Assembly (NCBI GenBank): GCA_046290225.1
Contig: JBKAGE010000004.1
Coordinates: forward strand, 1-64,000
DNA length: 64,000 nt
Source: Bradymonadia bacterium
GTDB taxonomy: Bacteria; Myxococcota_A; Bradymonadia; UBA7976; UBA1532
Direction: 5' to 3'
Program-made: the position numbers and the translations under genes
The notes under the pieces: model-generated
What the model saw: only the letters and a program-made list of their open reading frames with translations
Databases searched by the model: none
Told to the model about the DNA's origin: nothing
In this document: one piece after another, positions 35,694-47,598 of the stretch
Position numbering within the stretch: position 1 is the first letter of the stretch
Layout of the letters: the number at the start of each line of letters is the position of its first letter

Positions 35694-37513
35694 TGAAGTA
35701 CACATCCATCGTAATCATCGCAGCGGGGATCGCACTCTCTGGATGTGAGTCAACAGGACCACAAGGTGAGCCTGGTTCTACCGGGGAAGCTGGTCCGGCG
35801 GGCGAACAGGGACCTCGTGGAGAGCAAGGTCCACAGGGTGAGCAAGGTGATCCTGGGGAGATCGGACCTGAAGGTCCCGAGGGTCCTAGAGGACCACAGG
35901 GCGAGCCTGGGGTTTCACCTGACTCTGGTGTCATCGTGAACCCCGACGCAGAGGTGCCAGATGCAGAGGTGCCTGATGCGTCTATTCCATTCGAATGTCC
36001 GGACTGGACGCCACCCGCCATGATCGAGGGTGCGATTGACTCGCGTGTGGATGTCCCAACAGGCCAGGCATGGCTCGGCTTCCGGACCGCTCGCGAAGAA
36101 GAGCGCATGTGGGAGGCATATCAGCCACAGCGCATCGCTGAGAGATTCCGAATCGAACAGTCATGGATCGACAACGGATGCATCTCTGATGCTGAGTTGA
36201 TCGGCCTGGGCCGCTCGATGTTCCTCCGGCAGTGGTCGGTGGAAGAAGGGTTGGGCAATGACCTCTCAGGCATTGATCCACTTGCAGGCCAGAAACCACG
36301 ACCGAACTTCCGACGCTTTCAAGCAGGGGCTTTTGGTGGTCCGGACGCAAACGCGTGTGTGAACTGTCATTGGAAAGGCGGCTTCGCAGGTGCCGGTGAT
36401 CGGGCAGACAATTCATTCTTGTTCGGTGATGGTGATGATGCTCTTGTCCACGATCAGAGAAACCCACCCGCACTCTGGGGGGCGGGATGGATTCAGATCA
36501 TCGCTGACGAGATGACAGGTGAGCTCCGAGAGACCTATGACACCGCCATTGCGAGGGTGCAGGCTTCTGGTGAGCCTGAGCGTGTCGAGCTCTATGCAAA
36601 GGATGTATACTTTGGGGTGGTTGAGATCAGCGTAGATGAGCAGGGTGATCCAGTGAGTGACTTCACCGGGCTTGAGGGCGTTGATGCGGACCTCGTTGTG
36701 AAGCCCTTTGGCTGGAAGGGGAACTTCACCGACCTGCGTACCTTCGTTAAAGACAGTTTTCATGTGCACATGAACCTGCAAGCCGAAGAGCTCGTCCGCA
36801 CACCAGATGAGTTCCTCCATCTTGGGCGTGGAGATAACCCTGATGATCCCGACAATGATGGTGTGTTGAGAGAACTCACTGAGGGTCAAATCACGGCGAT
36901 GGTCGCTTTCATCGCAACACTGGACACGCCTGAAATACAGGTGCCGACGATCGCTGGCCAGTATGGGAATCCGCTTCTAGGTGATTTTGAGGCTGTGTAT
37001 GGCTCGGAGTTCATCGATCGCTGGTTGGAAGGCGTCGATGTATTCGATGAACTGGGATGTTCCTATTGCCACCGTCCATTCATGGCAGTCTCCAGTTCCA
37101 TCTGGAGGTCGAAGGGCCTGAGTGAGGGCAGTACACATATCGAGCTTGACCTGGCCATGCATGGTGCTGCACCCAAGCCAGAGCTCAACAATGATGGAGT
37201 GTGGTTGGTACCTGTGTTCTCCGATTTTAAGAGGCACCAGATGGGCAGTCACCTTGAGGCCCAACACGTAGATCGAGATGTTCCCACCTCAGACTATATG
37301 ACGCGCAGACTCTGGGGGGTCGCCAACACAAAGCCCTACATGCACACTGGCTCTGCTACGACCTTCGGGGAAGCGATCGCTCTCCATGGTGGAGAGGGTA
37401 GTGAGGCGCAGCCCATGGCTCAGGCATTCTTCGAGCTTGATATGGGGCGGCGCGCGAGCCTGATGGTTTTCTTGGACTCTCTCCGACGAGCGCCAGCAAT
37501 TCGGGTGAGGTAA
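35690..37513 (+). CDS. Di-heme oxidoreductase-family lipoprotein with collagen-like stalk
   Basis: Lipobox LSGC; 17 Gly-X-Y triplets; [38 protein letters not shown]. Confidence 0.85.
   Translation: MMKYTSIVIIAAGIALSGCESTGPQGEPGSTGEAGPAGEQGPRGEQGPQGEQGDPGEIGPEGPEGPRGPQGEPGVSPDSGVIVNPDAEVPDAEVPDASIPFECPDWTPPAMIEGAIDSRVDVPTGQAWLGFRTAREEERMWEAYQPQRIAERFRIEQSWIDNGCISDAELIGLGRSMFLRQWSVEEGLGNDLSGIDPLAGQKPRPNFRRFQAGAFGGPDANACVNCHWKGGFAGAGDRADNSFLFGDGDDALVHDQRNPPALWGAGWIQIIADEMTGELRETYDTAIARVQASGEPERVELYAKDVYFGVVEISVDEQGDPVSDFTGLEGVDADLVVKPFGWKGNFTDLRTFVKDSFHVHMNLQAEELVRTPDEFLHLGRGDNPDDPDNDGVLRELTEGQITAMVAFIATLDTPEIQVPTIAGQYGNPLLGDFEAVYGSEFIDRWLEGVDVFDELGCSYCHRPFMAVSSSIWRSKGLSEGSTHIELDLAMHGAAPKPELNNDGVWLVPVFSDFKRHQMGSHLEAQHVDRDVPTSDYMTRRLWGVANTKPYMHTGSATTFGEAIALHGGEGSEAQPMAQAFFELDMGRRASLMVFLDSLRRAPAIRVR
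35756..35908 (+). repeat. Collagen-like (Gly-X-Y)17
   Basis: [24 protein letters not shown]...GPQGEP. Confidence 0.92.
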
Positions 37514-37524
37514 GAAGTATAGGA

Positions 37525-39210
37525 TTATTGGGTATGCGTGTTGCAGCCGGGGAAGAATGTTTGTAGTCCCTCTCGGTGGATGAGTTGGACTATGCCTTCG
37601 TGCTCGAGAGCATAAGGAGAGCTGAAACTGCCCAAGTTACTCAACACCGAGTCTGGCAGAGGTGTTACCCACGTCTGGCCATCAGGTTGCACAAATGTAA
37701 GGGTGTGTTCTTCCCATGAATCCTCAGGAGTCTCATTGCTGCTGTACCCCCAAGAAATGAATGATAGATGCCGTTCTTTGCTATGTAAAACAGTCGTGTA
37801 GCCTCTCTGAGTATGTTCTTCATAACCAGAGTCTACGAATGCCATGCCCTCAGAATCTATCTTGAGGAGCATAGGTCGGTTCCTGACCTCTCCAACAAAG
37901 TTCATAAACCCATCAACCAGAGTCCACTCCTCTGAAACATGCGTTTGTTTAGGCAGTATAATCATGGGGATGGTGTTCCTTTGACGGGCTTCAATGGAGT
38001 CATCTTCGTTAAGCGTATACTCAACCAGTGCTTGACCTGCTGTATTGTTGACTCCTGCCGCTTCAAATACGACTCTACGTACTTCATCGTCCTTGTAAGC
38101 GGCGATTAGATGTCTGACTTTAAGTGTTCCCGGACCATCAAATAGTTCAGGGGCATCTGCTTGAAATATACCAGGCAGAGCCATTGACTCAGACCACTCC
38201 AAGCCAAATGAGCCGATTTGGTAGTGTGTGTCTGAGGCAACCATGAGTTCGTTGCCATAGGTGATGATGTTTGTGGGGAATGTAGTGGACTGACGAGTAA
38301 TACCCTCGAGGACAATGGTCTCTACGTTTCCGGTATAGTCTATTTGGTGCAAGTTGGTGTCATCGAGAATGTAGAGGTGCTCTCCAAGCTTTGCAACAGT
38401 GGCCTGGCTGGGTTGGTATAGTCTGCCATCTACAATCGGGCGGCCTTGTTCTAGAAGATTGGAAGGGTCGTGTGACCATGAAAAATAGATTTGTCCATTC
38501 AGGTGCCAGAGCGCAACAAAGCCGCCCGCGAGTGTATCGTATCTCAGGTCGGGGTAGTCTTCGTGGGCTGTCCAGCCTGTATCAATGGGCGGACCCACCA
38601 GTGTCGGCACCTCATCCACTTCGCCATCACAGTCATTGTCCAGGCCATCACACAGCTCATCCACCGGCTGCTCCACCAGCCCGCACACCAGTACCCCCGC
38701 CTCGCATACCGTCTGCCCGGAGGCACACGCACCGCTCAGCCCCGTCTCGCACGCAGCTCCAGCGCCCGGTGCCCCTTCATCCACCTCGCCATCACAGTCA
38801 TCATCCGCCCCATTGCACACCTCCGGGCTCTCACCCAGCGGCTCGCATACGCCCCAAGCATCACCCTCACACGTCTGCTCGCCCAGCGTACAGTTCCCTA
38901 GAGCAAGCTCGCAGGTACGAACCGCACCATCCGCACACTCACCCATGTCGGGCAGGGCCGCATCTGCCATCCCCAGATCCGGAATCTCCCCATCAGGAGA
39001 CTCACCTTCGATACCCCCCATGCCCCCAGCGGAGCCACCCGCCTCGCCGCCCAAGCCCCCCATCATCACATCCGCATCTACCTGATCCTGACAAAAGCGG
39101 TGCTCTGGCGAGGACGCGCAGTCGATCTGCACCGTCGTGGGCCCTTCGAAACAGCCCACCAGCCCCAGCACCAACCCGCCCACAGCCCACCTGCAACCCA
39201 TCAGCTTCAT
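37525..39210 (-). CDS. Lipoprotein with CxGxDxDCDGxVDE (MopE-like) repeats and an unrecognised low-GC C-terminal domain
   Basis: GGAGAA SD then ATG 39210; lipobox LVGC; CNGADDDCDGEVDE and CDGLDNDCDGEVDE; the ORF-track N-terminal extension is largely antisense to pyc. Confidence 0.8.
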   Translation of the reverse strand: MKLMGCRWAVGGLVLGLVGCFEGPTTVQIDCASSPEHRFCQDQVDADVMMGGLGGEAGGSAGGMGGIEGESPDGEIPDLGMADAALPDMGECADGAVRTCELALGNCTLGEQTCEGDAWGVCEPLGESPEVCNGADDDCDGEVDEGAPGAGAACETGLSGACASGQTVCEAGVLVCGLVEQPVDELCDGLDNDCDGEVDEVPTLVGPPIDTGWTAHEDYPDLRYDTLAGGFVALWHLNGQIYFSWSHDPSNLLEQGRPIVDGRLYQPSQATVAKLGEHLYILDDTNLHQIDYTGNVETIVLEGITRQSTTFPTNIITYGNELMVASDTHYQIGSFGLEWSESMALPGIFQADAPELFDGPGTLKVRHLIAAYKDDEVRRVVFEAAGVNNTAGQALVEYTLNEDDSIEARQRNTIPMIILPKQTHVSEEWTLVDGFMNFVGEVRNRPMLLKIDSEGMAFVDSGYEEHTQRGYTTVLHSKERHLSFISWGYSSNETPEDSWEEHTLTFVQPDGQTWVTPLPDSVLSNLGSFSSPYALEHEGIVQLIHREGLQTFFPGCNTHTQ

Positions 39211-39525
39211 TATATTCTCCATCAGGGCATCCTGGTACCCCAGCTGCGTCATCAAATACCGGTACACCGCAGCCAAAAAAACCCTTCCACAAAAATCCGA
39301 ACGACCCACCTCCATCTCGACTCCAAGCACCACCCACATCAGGCCCGGAGGGCGGAGCGCCGGAGGCTCCAGATTTCGTTGGCAGGTTGGTGAGGCGTGG
39401 TACATAAGTGCTGCGGTGACCGCAGGCGATGCTGGAAGCATCGTCGAGGACAGCGAAGCGCTTAGGTGCCGCGGATCGCCGACCTGACGACGGAAGATGG
39501 AACCGTAGGCGCGGAGCAAAAGAGC

Positions 39526-42500
39526 ATGAGGAAAATTCTCGCGGCCAACCGAGGGGAGATCGCCATTCGGATCTTCCGGGCGTGTACCGAGTTGGGCATA
39601 CGGACCGTGGCCATCTACAGCCACGAAGACGAACTCTCCATCCATCGGTACAAGGCCGACGAGGCCTACCTTGTCGGTGAGCCAGGCGATCCAGTGGGAT
39701 CGTACCTCGACCAGGAAGCCATCATCGAGCTCGCCTTGCGGCGTGAGGTCGACGCCATCCACCCTGGATATGGTTTCCTCAGCGAGAATGCAGAGTTCGC
39801 CAGGCGGTGCGCCGAGGCTGGCATCACCTTCATCGGGCCCAAGCCCGAAGTCCTCGAGATGCTCGGCGACAAGGTCTCCGCGCGAAAGCTCGCCCAGAAG
39901 GCCAACGTGCCCGTGGTGCCGGGCACTGAGGAGCCCGTCAGCAGCGCTCAGGCGGTCAAAGACTTCGCCGATGCCTATGGCTACCCGTTGATGCTCAAGG
40001 CTGCGTTTGGCGGTGGTGGGCGGGGCATGCGGATTCTGCGAGGCCCCGAAGACGTCGAAGAGTCCTTCGAGCGCGCCTTCAGCGAAGCCAGGGCTGCCTT
40101 TGGGCGGGGTGATCTCTTCGTCGAGAAGCTCGTCGAGCACCCGCGGCACATCGAGATACAGTTGCTCGGTGACCAGCATGGCAACTGCGTGCATCTGTTC
40201 GAGCGGGACTGCTCCATTCAGCGGCGGCATCAGAAAGTCATCGAGGTCGCGCCTGCCGTCGATCTCGGCGCCGCGTTGCGTCAGAACCTGTTCGATGCTG
40301 CGCTGCGGATCGCCCAGGCCAGTGGATACACCAACGCCGGCACCGTGGAGTTCCTCGTCGACCCCGAGGGCAACTACTACTTCATCGAGGTCAACCCGCG
40401 GCTGCAGGTGGAGCACACCATCACCGAGTGCATCACCGGGCGCGATCTCGTCCAGGCGCAGATACGCGTCGCCGAGGGCAAGCGGCTGAGCGATCCCGAG
40501 ATCAACATCCCCAACCAGGCCGCCATCAGCGCTCGGGGCTATGCCATTCAGTGTCGGATCACCACCGAAGATCCCGAGAACAACTTCGCCCCCAGCACCG
40601 GGAAGATCAGAGCGTATCGATCCGCAGCGGGCTTCGGCATTCGCCTCGACGCTGGCATTGGTGGAGCAGGCACCCTCATCCGGGCCGACTATGATCCGTT
40701 GCTGGTAAAGCAGATCGCCTGGGGGCTCACCTTCAGAGAAGCCGCCGCCAAGTCGAGGCGGGCGCTGAGCGAGTTCCGGGTTCGGGGGGTCAAGACCAAC
40801 ATCCCGTTCCTCGAGAAGGCCGTCCAGCACGACGAGTTCCTCACCGGTAAAGCCGACACGGGCTTCATCGGACGGCACCCCGAGCTGTTGCAGATCCCGA
40901 GGCGCAAGGATCGAGGCACCAAGACTCTCAAGGCTCTTGCCAATGTCATCGTCAATGGCCCGCCCGGCGCCGACGAGAAGTTCACGCGGCCTCAGGATCT
41001 ATTCCCGGCGAAAGTGCCGGCGCTGCCCGAAGGCCTCGGTCACTGGGCCCCCGAAGACGGAGGCGCCATGGCCGTGTTCAGAGAGCACGGCGCCGATGGG
41101 CTGTCCAAATGGATGCTTGAGCAGAAGCAGGTGCTCGTCACCGACACCACCTTCCGCGATGCCCACCAGTCTCTGCTCGCCACCCGGGTTCGGACCGTGG
41201 ACATGCAGGCCGTGGCCCGGCCGACGGCTGCATTGCTGCCTGATCTCTTCAGCGTGGAGATGTGGGGTGGGGCCACTTATGACGTCTCCTACCGGTTCTT
41301 GCGAGAAGATCCATGGGAGCGGCTCGCCAAGCTGCGGGTGGAGATGCCCAATGTGCTCCTGCAGATGCTGCTGCGCGGCGCAAACGCAGTGGGGTACACC
41401 AATTACCCCGACAACGTCGTGCGGCGGTTCATCCGAGAGGCGGCGCGGCAGGGCATCGATCTGTTCCGCATCTTCGACGCCCTGAACTGGGTGCCGAACA
41501 TGGAGCTCGCCATGGAGGAGGTCGCCGCCGCCGGCAAGATCGTGGAGGCGTGCCTCTGCTACACCGGTGACATCAGCGATCCCAATCGCAGTAAGTACAC
41601 CCTCGACTACTATGTGAAGCTCGGGCAGCGCCTCGCCGAGCGTGGGGCTCATATCCTGGCCATCAAAGACATGGCCGGGCTGCTCAAGCCCGCCGCCGCC
41701 CGCATGCTCATCAAGGCCCTCAAAGAAGAGATCGGCCTGCCCGTGCATCTGCACACCCACGACACCAGCGGCAACGGCATCGCCATGTACCTCGCTGCCG
41801 TCGAGGCTGGGGTCGATGCCGTCGATCTCGCCATCTCCAGCGTCTCCGGGCTCACCAGCCAGCCCTCGATGAACGCCTTCTGCGAGGCCCTCACCGGCCA
41901 CGAACGTAACCCCGAGCTCGATCTGCCCACTTTGCAGAAGTTCGCCGACTACTGGGAGGCGGTGCGTGTGGCCTACGGGCCCTTCGAGTCGGGCCTCAAA
42001 GCCAGCACCTCCGAGGTCTACTGGCATGAGATCCCCGGGGGGCAGTACTCCAACCTGCGGCCGCGGGCCATCAAGCTCGGCCTCGGCGAGCGGTGGGGCG
42101 AGATCAAGGCGCGCTATCGTGAGGTCAACCTCGCCCTGGGCGATCTCGTGAAGGTGACCCCCAGCAGCAAGGTGGTGGCTGACTTCGCCATGTTCCTGGT
42201 GCAGAACGATCTCACCGTGGAGCAGGCCATCGAGCAGGCCGAGCGGCTCGACTTCCCGCAGTCGGTCATCGACTTCTTGTCGGGGCGTATGGGGCAGCCC
42301 CACGGCGGGTTCCCCGAGCGGCTGCAGAAGGCCGTGCTCAAGGGCCAGCCTGTGCTCACCACCCGGCCCGGCGAGAGCTTGCCCGATCACGACTTCGACG
42401 CCGCTTCGGCGCGCCTGAGCGAGCGGCTCGAGCGGCCCGCCCGGGAGCACGAGCTCGTCACCGACGCGCTCTATCCCAAGGTGTATGCCGACTACCTCGA

Positions 42501-42981
42501 CTTCGAAGACACCTTTGGCGACGTGAGCACCATGCCCACCTCAGTCTATCTCTATGGCCTCGATCTCGGTGAAGCCACCCGGGTGGAGATCGAGCAGGGC
42601 AAGACGCTGATGGTGAAGCTGATGGCCGTCGGCGGGCTCACCGATGATGGTCAGCGGATGGTGTACTTCGAACTGAATGGTCAGCCACGAGAGGTGGCCA
42701 TCCGCGATCTCGGCGCCGAGGTCGACGCCTCGGTGCGGCCCGTCGCCGATCCGAGAGATCCCCATCAGGTGGCGGCGAGCATGCCCGGCAAGGTGGTCCG
42801 TGTGGACTGTGCCGTGGGTGATGTCGTCGAGGCGGGCCAGACCCTCGTCGTGGCGGAAGCCATGAAGATGGAGACGGCCATCTCAGCCACCGTGGCCGGC
42901 GTGGTCGATGAAGTGCTGGTGCGGGTGGGGGATGCCCTGGGCGCCGGTGAGCTGGTGGTACGGACGCGCCCGGTGGAGTGA
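39526..42981 (+). CDS. pyc: Pyruvate carboxylase
   Basis: ANRGEIA, ERDCSIQRRHQK, RLQVEH, DTTFRDAHQSLLATR, HLHTHDT, biotin site EAMKME. Confidence 0.98.
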   Translation: MRKILAANRGEIAIRIFRACTELGIRTVAIYSHEDELSIHRYKADEAYLVGEPGDPVGSYLDQEAIIELALRREVDAIHPGYGFLSENAEFARRCAEAGITFIGPKPEVLEMLGDKVSARKLAQKANVPVVPGTEEPVSSAQAVKDFADAYGYPLMLKAAFGGGGRGMRILRGPEDVEESFERAFSEARAAFGRGDLFVEKLVEHPRHIEIQLLGDQHGNCVHLFERDCSIQRRHQKVIEVAPAVDLGAALRQNLFDAALRIAQASGYTNAGTVEFLVDPEGNYYFIEVNPRLQVEHTITECITGRDLVQAQIRVAEGKRLSDPEINIPNQAAISARGYAIQCRITTEDPENNFAPSTGKIRAYRSAAGFGIRLDAGIGGAGTLIRADYDPLLVKQIAWGLTFREAAAKSRRALSEFRVRGVKTNIPFLEKAVQHDEFLTGKADTGFIGRHPELLQIPRRKDRGTKTLKALANVIVNGPPGADEKFTRPQDLFPAKVPALPEGLGHWAPEDGGAMAVFREHGADGLSKWMLEQKQVLVTDTTFRDAHQSLLATRVRTVDMQAVARPTAALLPDLFSVEMWGGATYDVSYRFLREDPWERLAKLRVEMPNVLLQMLLRGANAVGYTNYPDNVVRRFIREAARQGIDLFRIFDALNWVPNMELAMEEVAAAGKIVEACLCYTGDISDPNRSKYTLDYYVKLGQRLAERGAHILAIKDMAGLLKPAAARMLIKALKEEIGLPVHLHTHDTSGNGIAMYLAAVEAGVDAVDLAISSVSGLTSQPSMNAFCEALTGHERNPELDLPTLQKFADYWEAVRVAYGPFESGLKASTSEVYWHEIPGGQYSNLRPRAIKLGLGERWGEIKARYREVNLALGDLVKVTPSSKVVADFAMFLVQNDLTVEQAIEQAERLDFPQSVIDFLSGRMGQPHGGFPERLQKAVLKGQPVLTTRPGESLPDHDFDAASARLSERLERPAREHELVTDALYPKVYADYLDFEDTFGDVSTMPTSVYLYGLDLGEATRVEIEQGKTLMVKLMAVGGLTDDGQRMVYFELNGQPREVAIRDLGAEVDASVRPVADPRDPHQVAASMPGKVVRVDCAVGDVVEAGQTLVVAEAMKMETAISATVAGVVDEVLVRVGDALGAGELVVRTRPVE

Positions 42982-42994
42982 GGGCAGGGTACGA

Positions 42995-43366
42995 TCAGCC
43001 CTCGATGTCACCACCGATGGCTTCGGGGCCGGTGATGCCATCTCGGATCCGGATACAGTCCATCATCTCGACGACGAAGATCTTGCCGTCGCCGATCTGA
43101 CCTTTGCCGTCGGGGCCAGAACGCGCCCCAGCAGTGATGGCCTGGACGGTGCGGGCCACGAAAGCCTCGTTCACCGCCACCTCGACGCGGACTTTGTGCA
43201 GCAGGTTGACCTCTTCGGCCACCCCCCGCCATGTTTCGGTGTAGCCCTGCTGCTGGCCGCAGCCCAGGGCGTTGGTCACGGACATGCGCCCCACCTCGGC
43301 CTTCACCAGCTCGGCTTTGACAGCGTTGAGGCTCTCGGGGCGGATGTAGGCGATGATCAGCTTCAT
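42995..43366 (-). CDS. glnK: P-II nitrogen regulator
   Basis: MKLIIAYIRP, T-loop, GQIGDGKIF, IRIRDG; directly downstream of amtB. Confidence 0.92.
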   Translation of the reverse strand: MKLIIAYIRPESLNAVKAELVKAEVGRMSVTNALGCGQQQGYTETWRGVAEEVNLLHKVRVEVAVNEAFVARTVQAITAGARSGPDGKGQIGDGKIFVVEMMDCIRIRDGITGPEAIGGDIEG

Positions 43367-43403
43367 GGCGTGCGCTCCTCAGAGGGCAGGTTTCGATCGT
43401 CGC

Positions 43404-44759
43404 TCACTGGTTCGTGAACACCTGGAAGCCGTGGTAGGCCTCCATCCCGTGCTCCTCGATGTCCAGGCCGCGGGCCTCCTCCTCTTCAGTCACTCGCAAG
43501 CCCACGGTGGCCTTGATGGTGCCGAAGAGCACCAGCGACGTGGCTACGGTCCAGCCGAAGACCGCCGCGACACCGATGGCCTGAGTGATCAGCAGGCTGG
43601 CGCCGCCGCCGAAGAGCAGCCCGCTGGCGCCGCCGCTGTACGCTGCCTCGGCGAAGAGGCCCACGGAGAGGGTGCCAAAGGCGCCGCAGACGCCATGGAC
43701 GGCGATGGCCCCCACGGGATCGTCGATGCGCAGCTTCTGATCAAAGAACTGCACGGCGAAGACCACGATGACGCCACACAGCAGGCCGATGAGGATGGCG
43801 CTCGTGGGTGAGACGGCATTGCAGCCAGCGGTGATGCCTACGAGGCCCGCGAGGGCGCCGTTGAGGGTCATCGAGGTGTCAGGCTTCTTGAACTTGATCC
43901 AGGTGACCACCATGGTGGCGACAGCGCCGGCGGCGCCAGAAAGCAGGGTGGTGACGGCGATGGCGGGGATGGTTGCGTCGGTGCCGGAGACGGTGGAGCC
44001 GGCGTTGAAGCCGAACCAGCCGAAGAACAGGATGAAGACCCCCAGCGCCCCCATGGGGATGTTGTGACCGGGGATGGCGCGGCTGATGTACTTGCCGTCT
44101 CGGGTCTTGAGGTATTTGCCGTGCCGGGGCCCCAGCATCCAGCAGCCCACGAGGCCGGCCCAGGCGCCCACGGAGTGCACCACTGTGGAGCCGGCGAAGT
44201 CCATGAAGCCGAGGCTCGCGAGCCAGCCGTCACCGTTCCAGGCCCAGTGGCCCACCACCGGGTAGATGAGGGCGGTGAGCACCACGCTGTAGAGCATGTA
44301 GCTGCTGAACTTGGTCCGCTCCGCCATGGTGCCCGAGGCGATGGTGGCGGCGGTGGCGGCGAACATCGCCTGAAACAGGAAATACGCCAGCTGGTAGGGG
44401 GTGTCGGCCTTGTCCTGAGTGAAGCTCGACAGCATGAAGTTGTCGCTGCCGATGAAGCCTCCAGCGCTGGTGCCGAACATCAGCCCGAAGCCCACCAGGA
44501 AGAACATGATGGCCCCGACAGAGAGGTCCATGAGGTTCTTCATGACGATGTTGCAGGCGTTCTTGGCCCGGGTGAAGCCCGCCTCCACCATGGCGAAGCC
44601 CGCCTGCATGAAGAAGACGAGCACAGCGGCGACGAGCACCCACAAGATGTCCAGTGCTGTGGCGTTCGATGCGGGTGTGGCGTCACCCGCGAGGGCGGCG
44701 GCAGGGGTGAGCAGCGTGGCTGCGAGGGCGAGGTTGGCTTTGAAAACCGGGGTACGCAC
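43404..44759 (-). CDS. amtB: Ammonium transporter
   Basis: FMQAGFAMVEAG, DFAGSTVVH, FGWFGFN, IDDPVGAIAVHG; both pore His residues present. Confidence 0.97.
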   Translation of the reverse strand: MRTPVFKANLALAATLLTPAAALAGDATPASNATALDILWVLVAAVLVFFMQAGFAMVEAGFTRAKNACNIVMKNLMDLSVGAIMFFLVGFGLMFGTSAGGFIGSDNFMLSSFTQDKADTPYQLAYFLFQAMFAATAATIASGTMAERTKFSSYMLYSVVLTALIYPVVGHWAWNGDGWLASLGFMDFAGSTVVHSVGAWAGLVGCWMLGPRHGKYLKTRDGKYISRAIPGHNIPMGALGVFILFFGWFGFNAGSTVSGTDATIPAIAVTTLLSGAAGAVATMVVTWIKFKKPDTSMTLNGALAGLVGITAGCNAVSPTSAILIGLLCGVIVVFAVQFFDQKLRIDDPVGAIAVHGVCGAFGTLSVGLFAEAAYSGGASGLLFGGGASLLITQAIGVAAVFGWTVATSLVLFGTIKATVGLRVTEEEEARGLDIEEHGMEAYHGFQVFTNQ

Positions 44760-44805
44760 GGTGACTCTCGTTTCACTTGAGCAGTGGGTCCACCGCCACC
44801 CATTG

Positions 44806-44820
44806 GCAAGGGGTGGGCCA
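44806..44820 (-). promoter_or_regulatory. Sigma54 -24/-12 promoter of amtB-glnK
   Basis: Minus strand reads TGGCCCACCCCTTGC (GG-N10-GC), about 47 nt upstream of the amtB start. Confidence 0.8.
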
Positions 44821-44887
44821 AGCTGTGTAAGTCACCGAGATTACGATTGATTGATTGTGGTGTGGGGTGGTGTGGGTGATGGTTTGG

Positions 44888-44997
44888 CTACATTTTTGTA
44901 GGATGTTGCCTAGGGGGTACATTTTCGTGGGTTTTGAAAAGAGCCTTTTGATAACCGATGTGTTGTGTAGAGAAATGGATCTTTACAGAAGTAAATC

Positions 44998-45011
<14 letters not shown>
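44888..45011. promoter_or_regulatory. Three candidate enhancer (UAS) palindromes
   Basis: CTACATTTTTGTAG 44888-44901, GTACATTTTCGTGG 44917-44930, CTACGAAAATGTAC 44998-45011. Confidence 0.65.
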
Positions 45012-46461
<1,450 letters not shown>

Positions 46462-46462
46462 G

Positions 46463-47428
46463 TCAGCTCAGGATCGTGGGGGCTTCTTGCAGCAGGCGCG
46501 TCATCGTCTCTTCCACGGGGCCCTTGACCGTGGCGCCCGCTGCCCGGGTGTGTCCGCCCCCTCGAGGGCTCATTCTCTGGGCGAGGGCACAGCAATCGAC
46601 CGAGCCGCGGCTGCGCAAGCTCAGCTTCACCGTGTCTGCGTCGCGCACGATGGCGAGGATGGCGAGATCGACACCCTCGATGAAGAGCAGATCGTCCACA
46701 AGGCCGCCGGTCTCTGCACCGTCGATCTCTTCGGCATCGAGGCGGGCCCAGGCCGCCTGGCCCTCGGCGAAGATCTCCATCTTGTCGAGCATGCGGGCCC
46801 GGAGCTTCACCTTGCTGAGAGGCTGCACCATGAGCACATGCTCCACGAGGGTGGCGTGATCGATGCCTGCCTCCATCATTCGGGCCGCGGCCCTCAGGGT
46901 GGCCGGGCGCGTCATCCGGTACCTGAAGGTGTTGGTGTCGAAGATGATGCCTGTGTAGAGCGCCTCGGCGAGGGGTCGATCGAGGCCAACCCCCCAATGA
47001 TCACACAGGGTCAGGATCATCTCGGTGGTGCTCGCTGCCTTTGAGTCGAGGTAGGCAAAGTCCACAGCCTCTGGATCACTGCTCTTGTGGTGATCGACCT
47101 GTCCGGTCTTCACCGCTGCGGTGAAGTGAGGCTCCGCGGTGCCAAGCCGACCGGGATCTCCGTCGACGACGATGGCGAGATCAGCGCGCTCGATCACTGC
47201 CGTGCCCTGTTCGAAGAGCGTCTCGGACCCTTCGAGGAAGCAGTACCGCTCGGGGACGACCTCCTCGACGACGATGCGCACCGACTTCTCGGGCCACCGC
47301 GTCTTGATGGCCCGGTGCAGCCCCAGCAGCGCCCCGATGGCATCACCGTCGAGACGATCCGGGGCGGTGAGCAACAGGGTGCGGGCGGCTTCGACGGCCT
47401 CTGAGAGGGCTTCGTACGGTGCGGTCAT
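46463..47428 (-). CDS. DHH/DHHA1 phosphoesterase (NrnA-like)
   Basis: DGDAIG, VDHH, GIIFDT, SLRS, GGGHTRAAG. Confidence 0.9.
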   Translation of the reverse strand: MTAPYEALSEAVEAARTLLLTAPDRLDGDAIGALLGLHRAIKTRWPEKSVRIVVEEVVPERYCFLEGSETLFEQGTAVIERADLAIVVDGDPGRLGTAEPHFTAAVKTGQVDHHKSSDPEAVDFAYLDSKAASTTEMILTLCDHWGVGLDRPLAEALYTGIIFDTNTFRYRMTRPATLRAAARMMEAGIDHATLVEHVLMVQPLSKVKLRARMLDKMEIFAEGQAAWARLDAEEIDGAETGGLVDDLLFIEGVDLAILAIVRDADTVKLSLRSRGSVDCCALAQRMSPRGGGHTRAAGATVKGPVEETMTRLLQEAPTILS

Positions 47429-47598
47429 TGAAGGGTCCTGTTCGATCTTGTCGAGCGATGACGGGGCGAAATAAAACGTTCTGAGACGCATTGGACCATG
47501 GCCTGCATGCGCTCATGGAGGATCTCGGGCGGGCATGTATATCGCATGAGCCGGACCCCATCGTAGAATTGATCGTTCTTCCTCAATGTGGAGCCCCT

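Noticed and set aside
39211..40878. 1117-aa ORF suggesting a large fusion protein
   Set aside because: The extension is mostly the antisense shadow of pyc; an SD and lipoprotein signal begin at 39210
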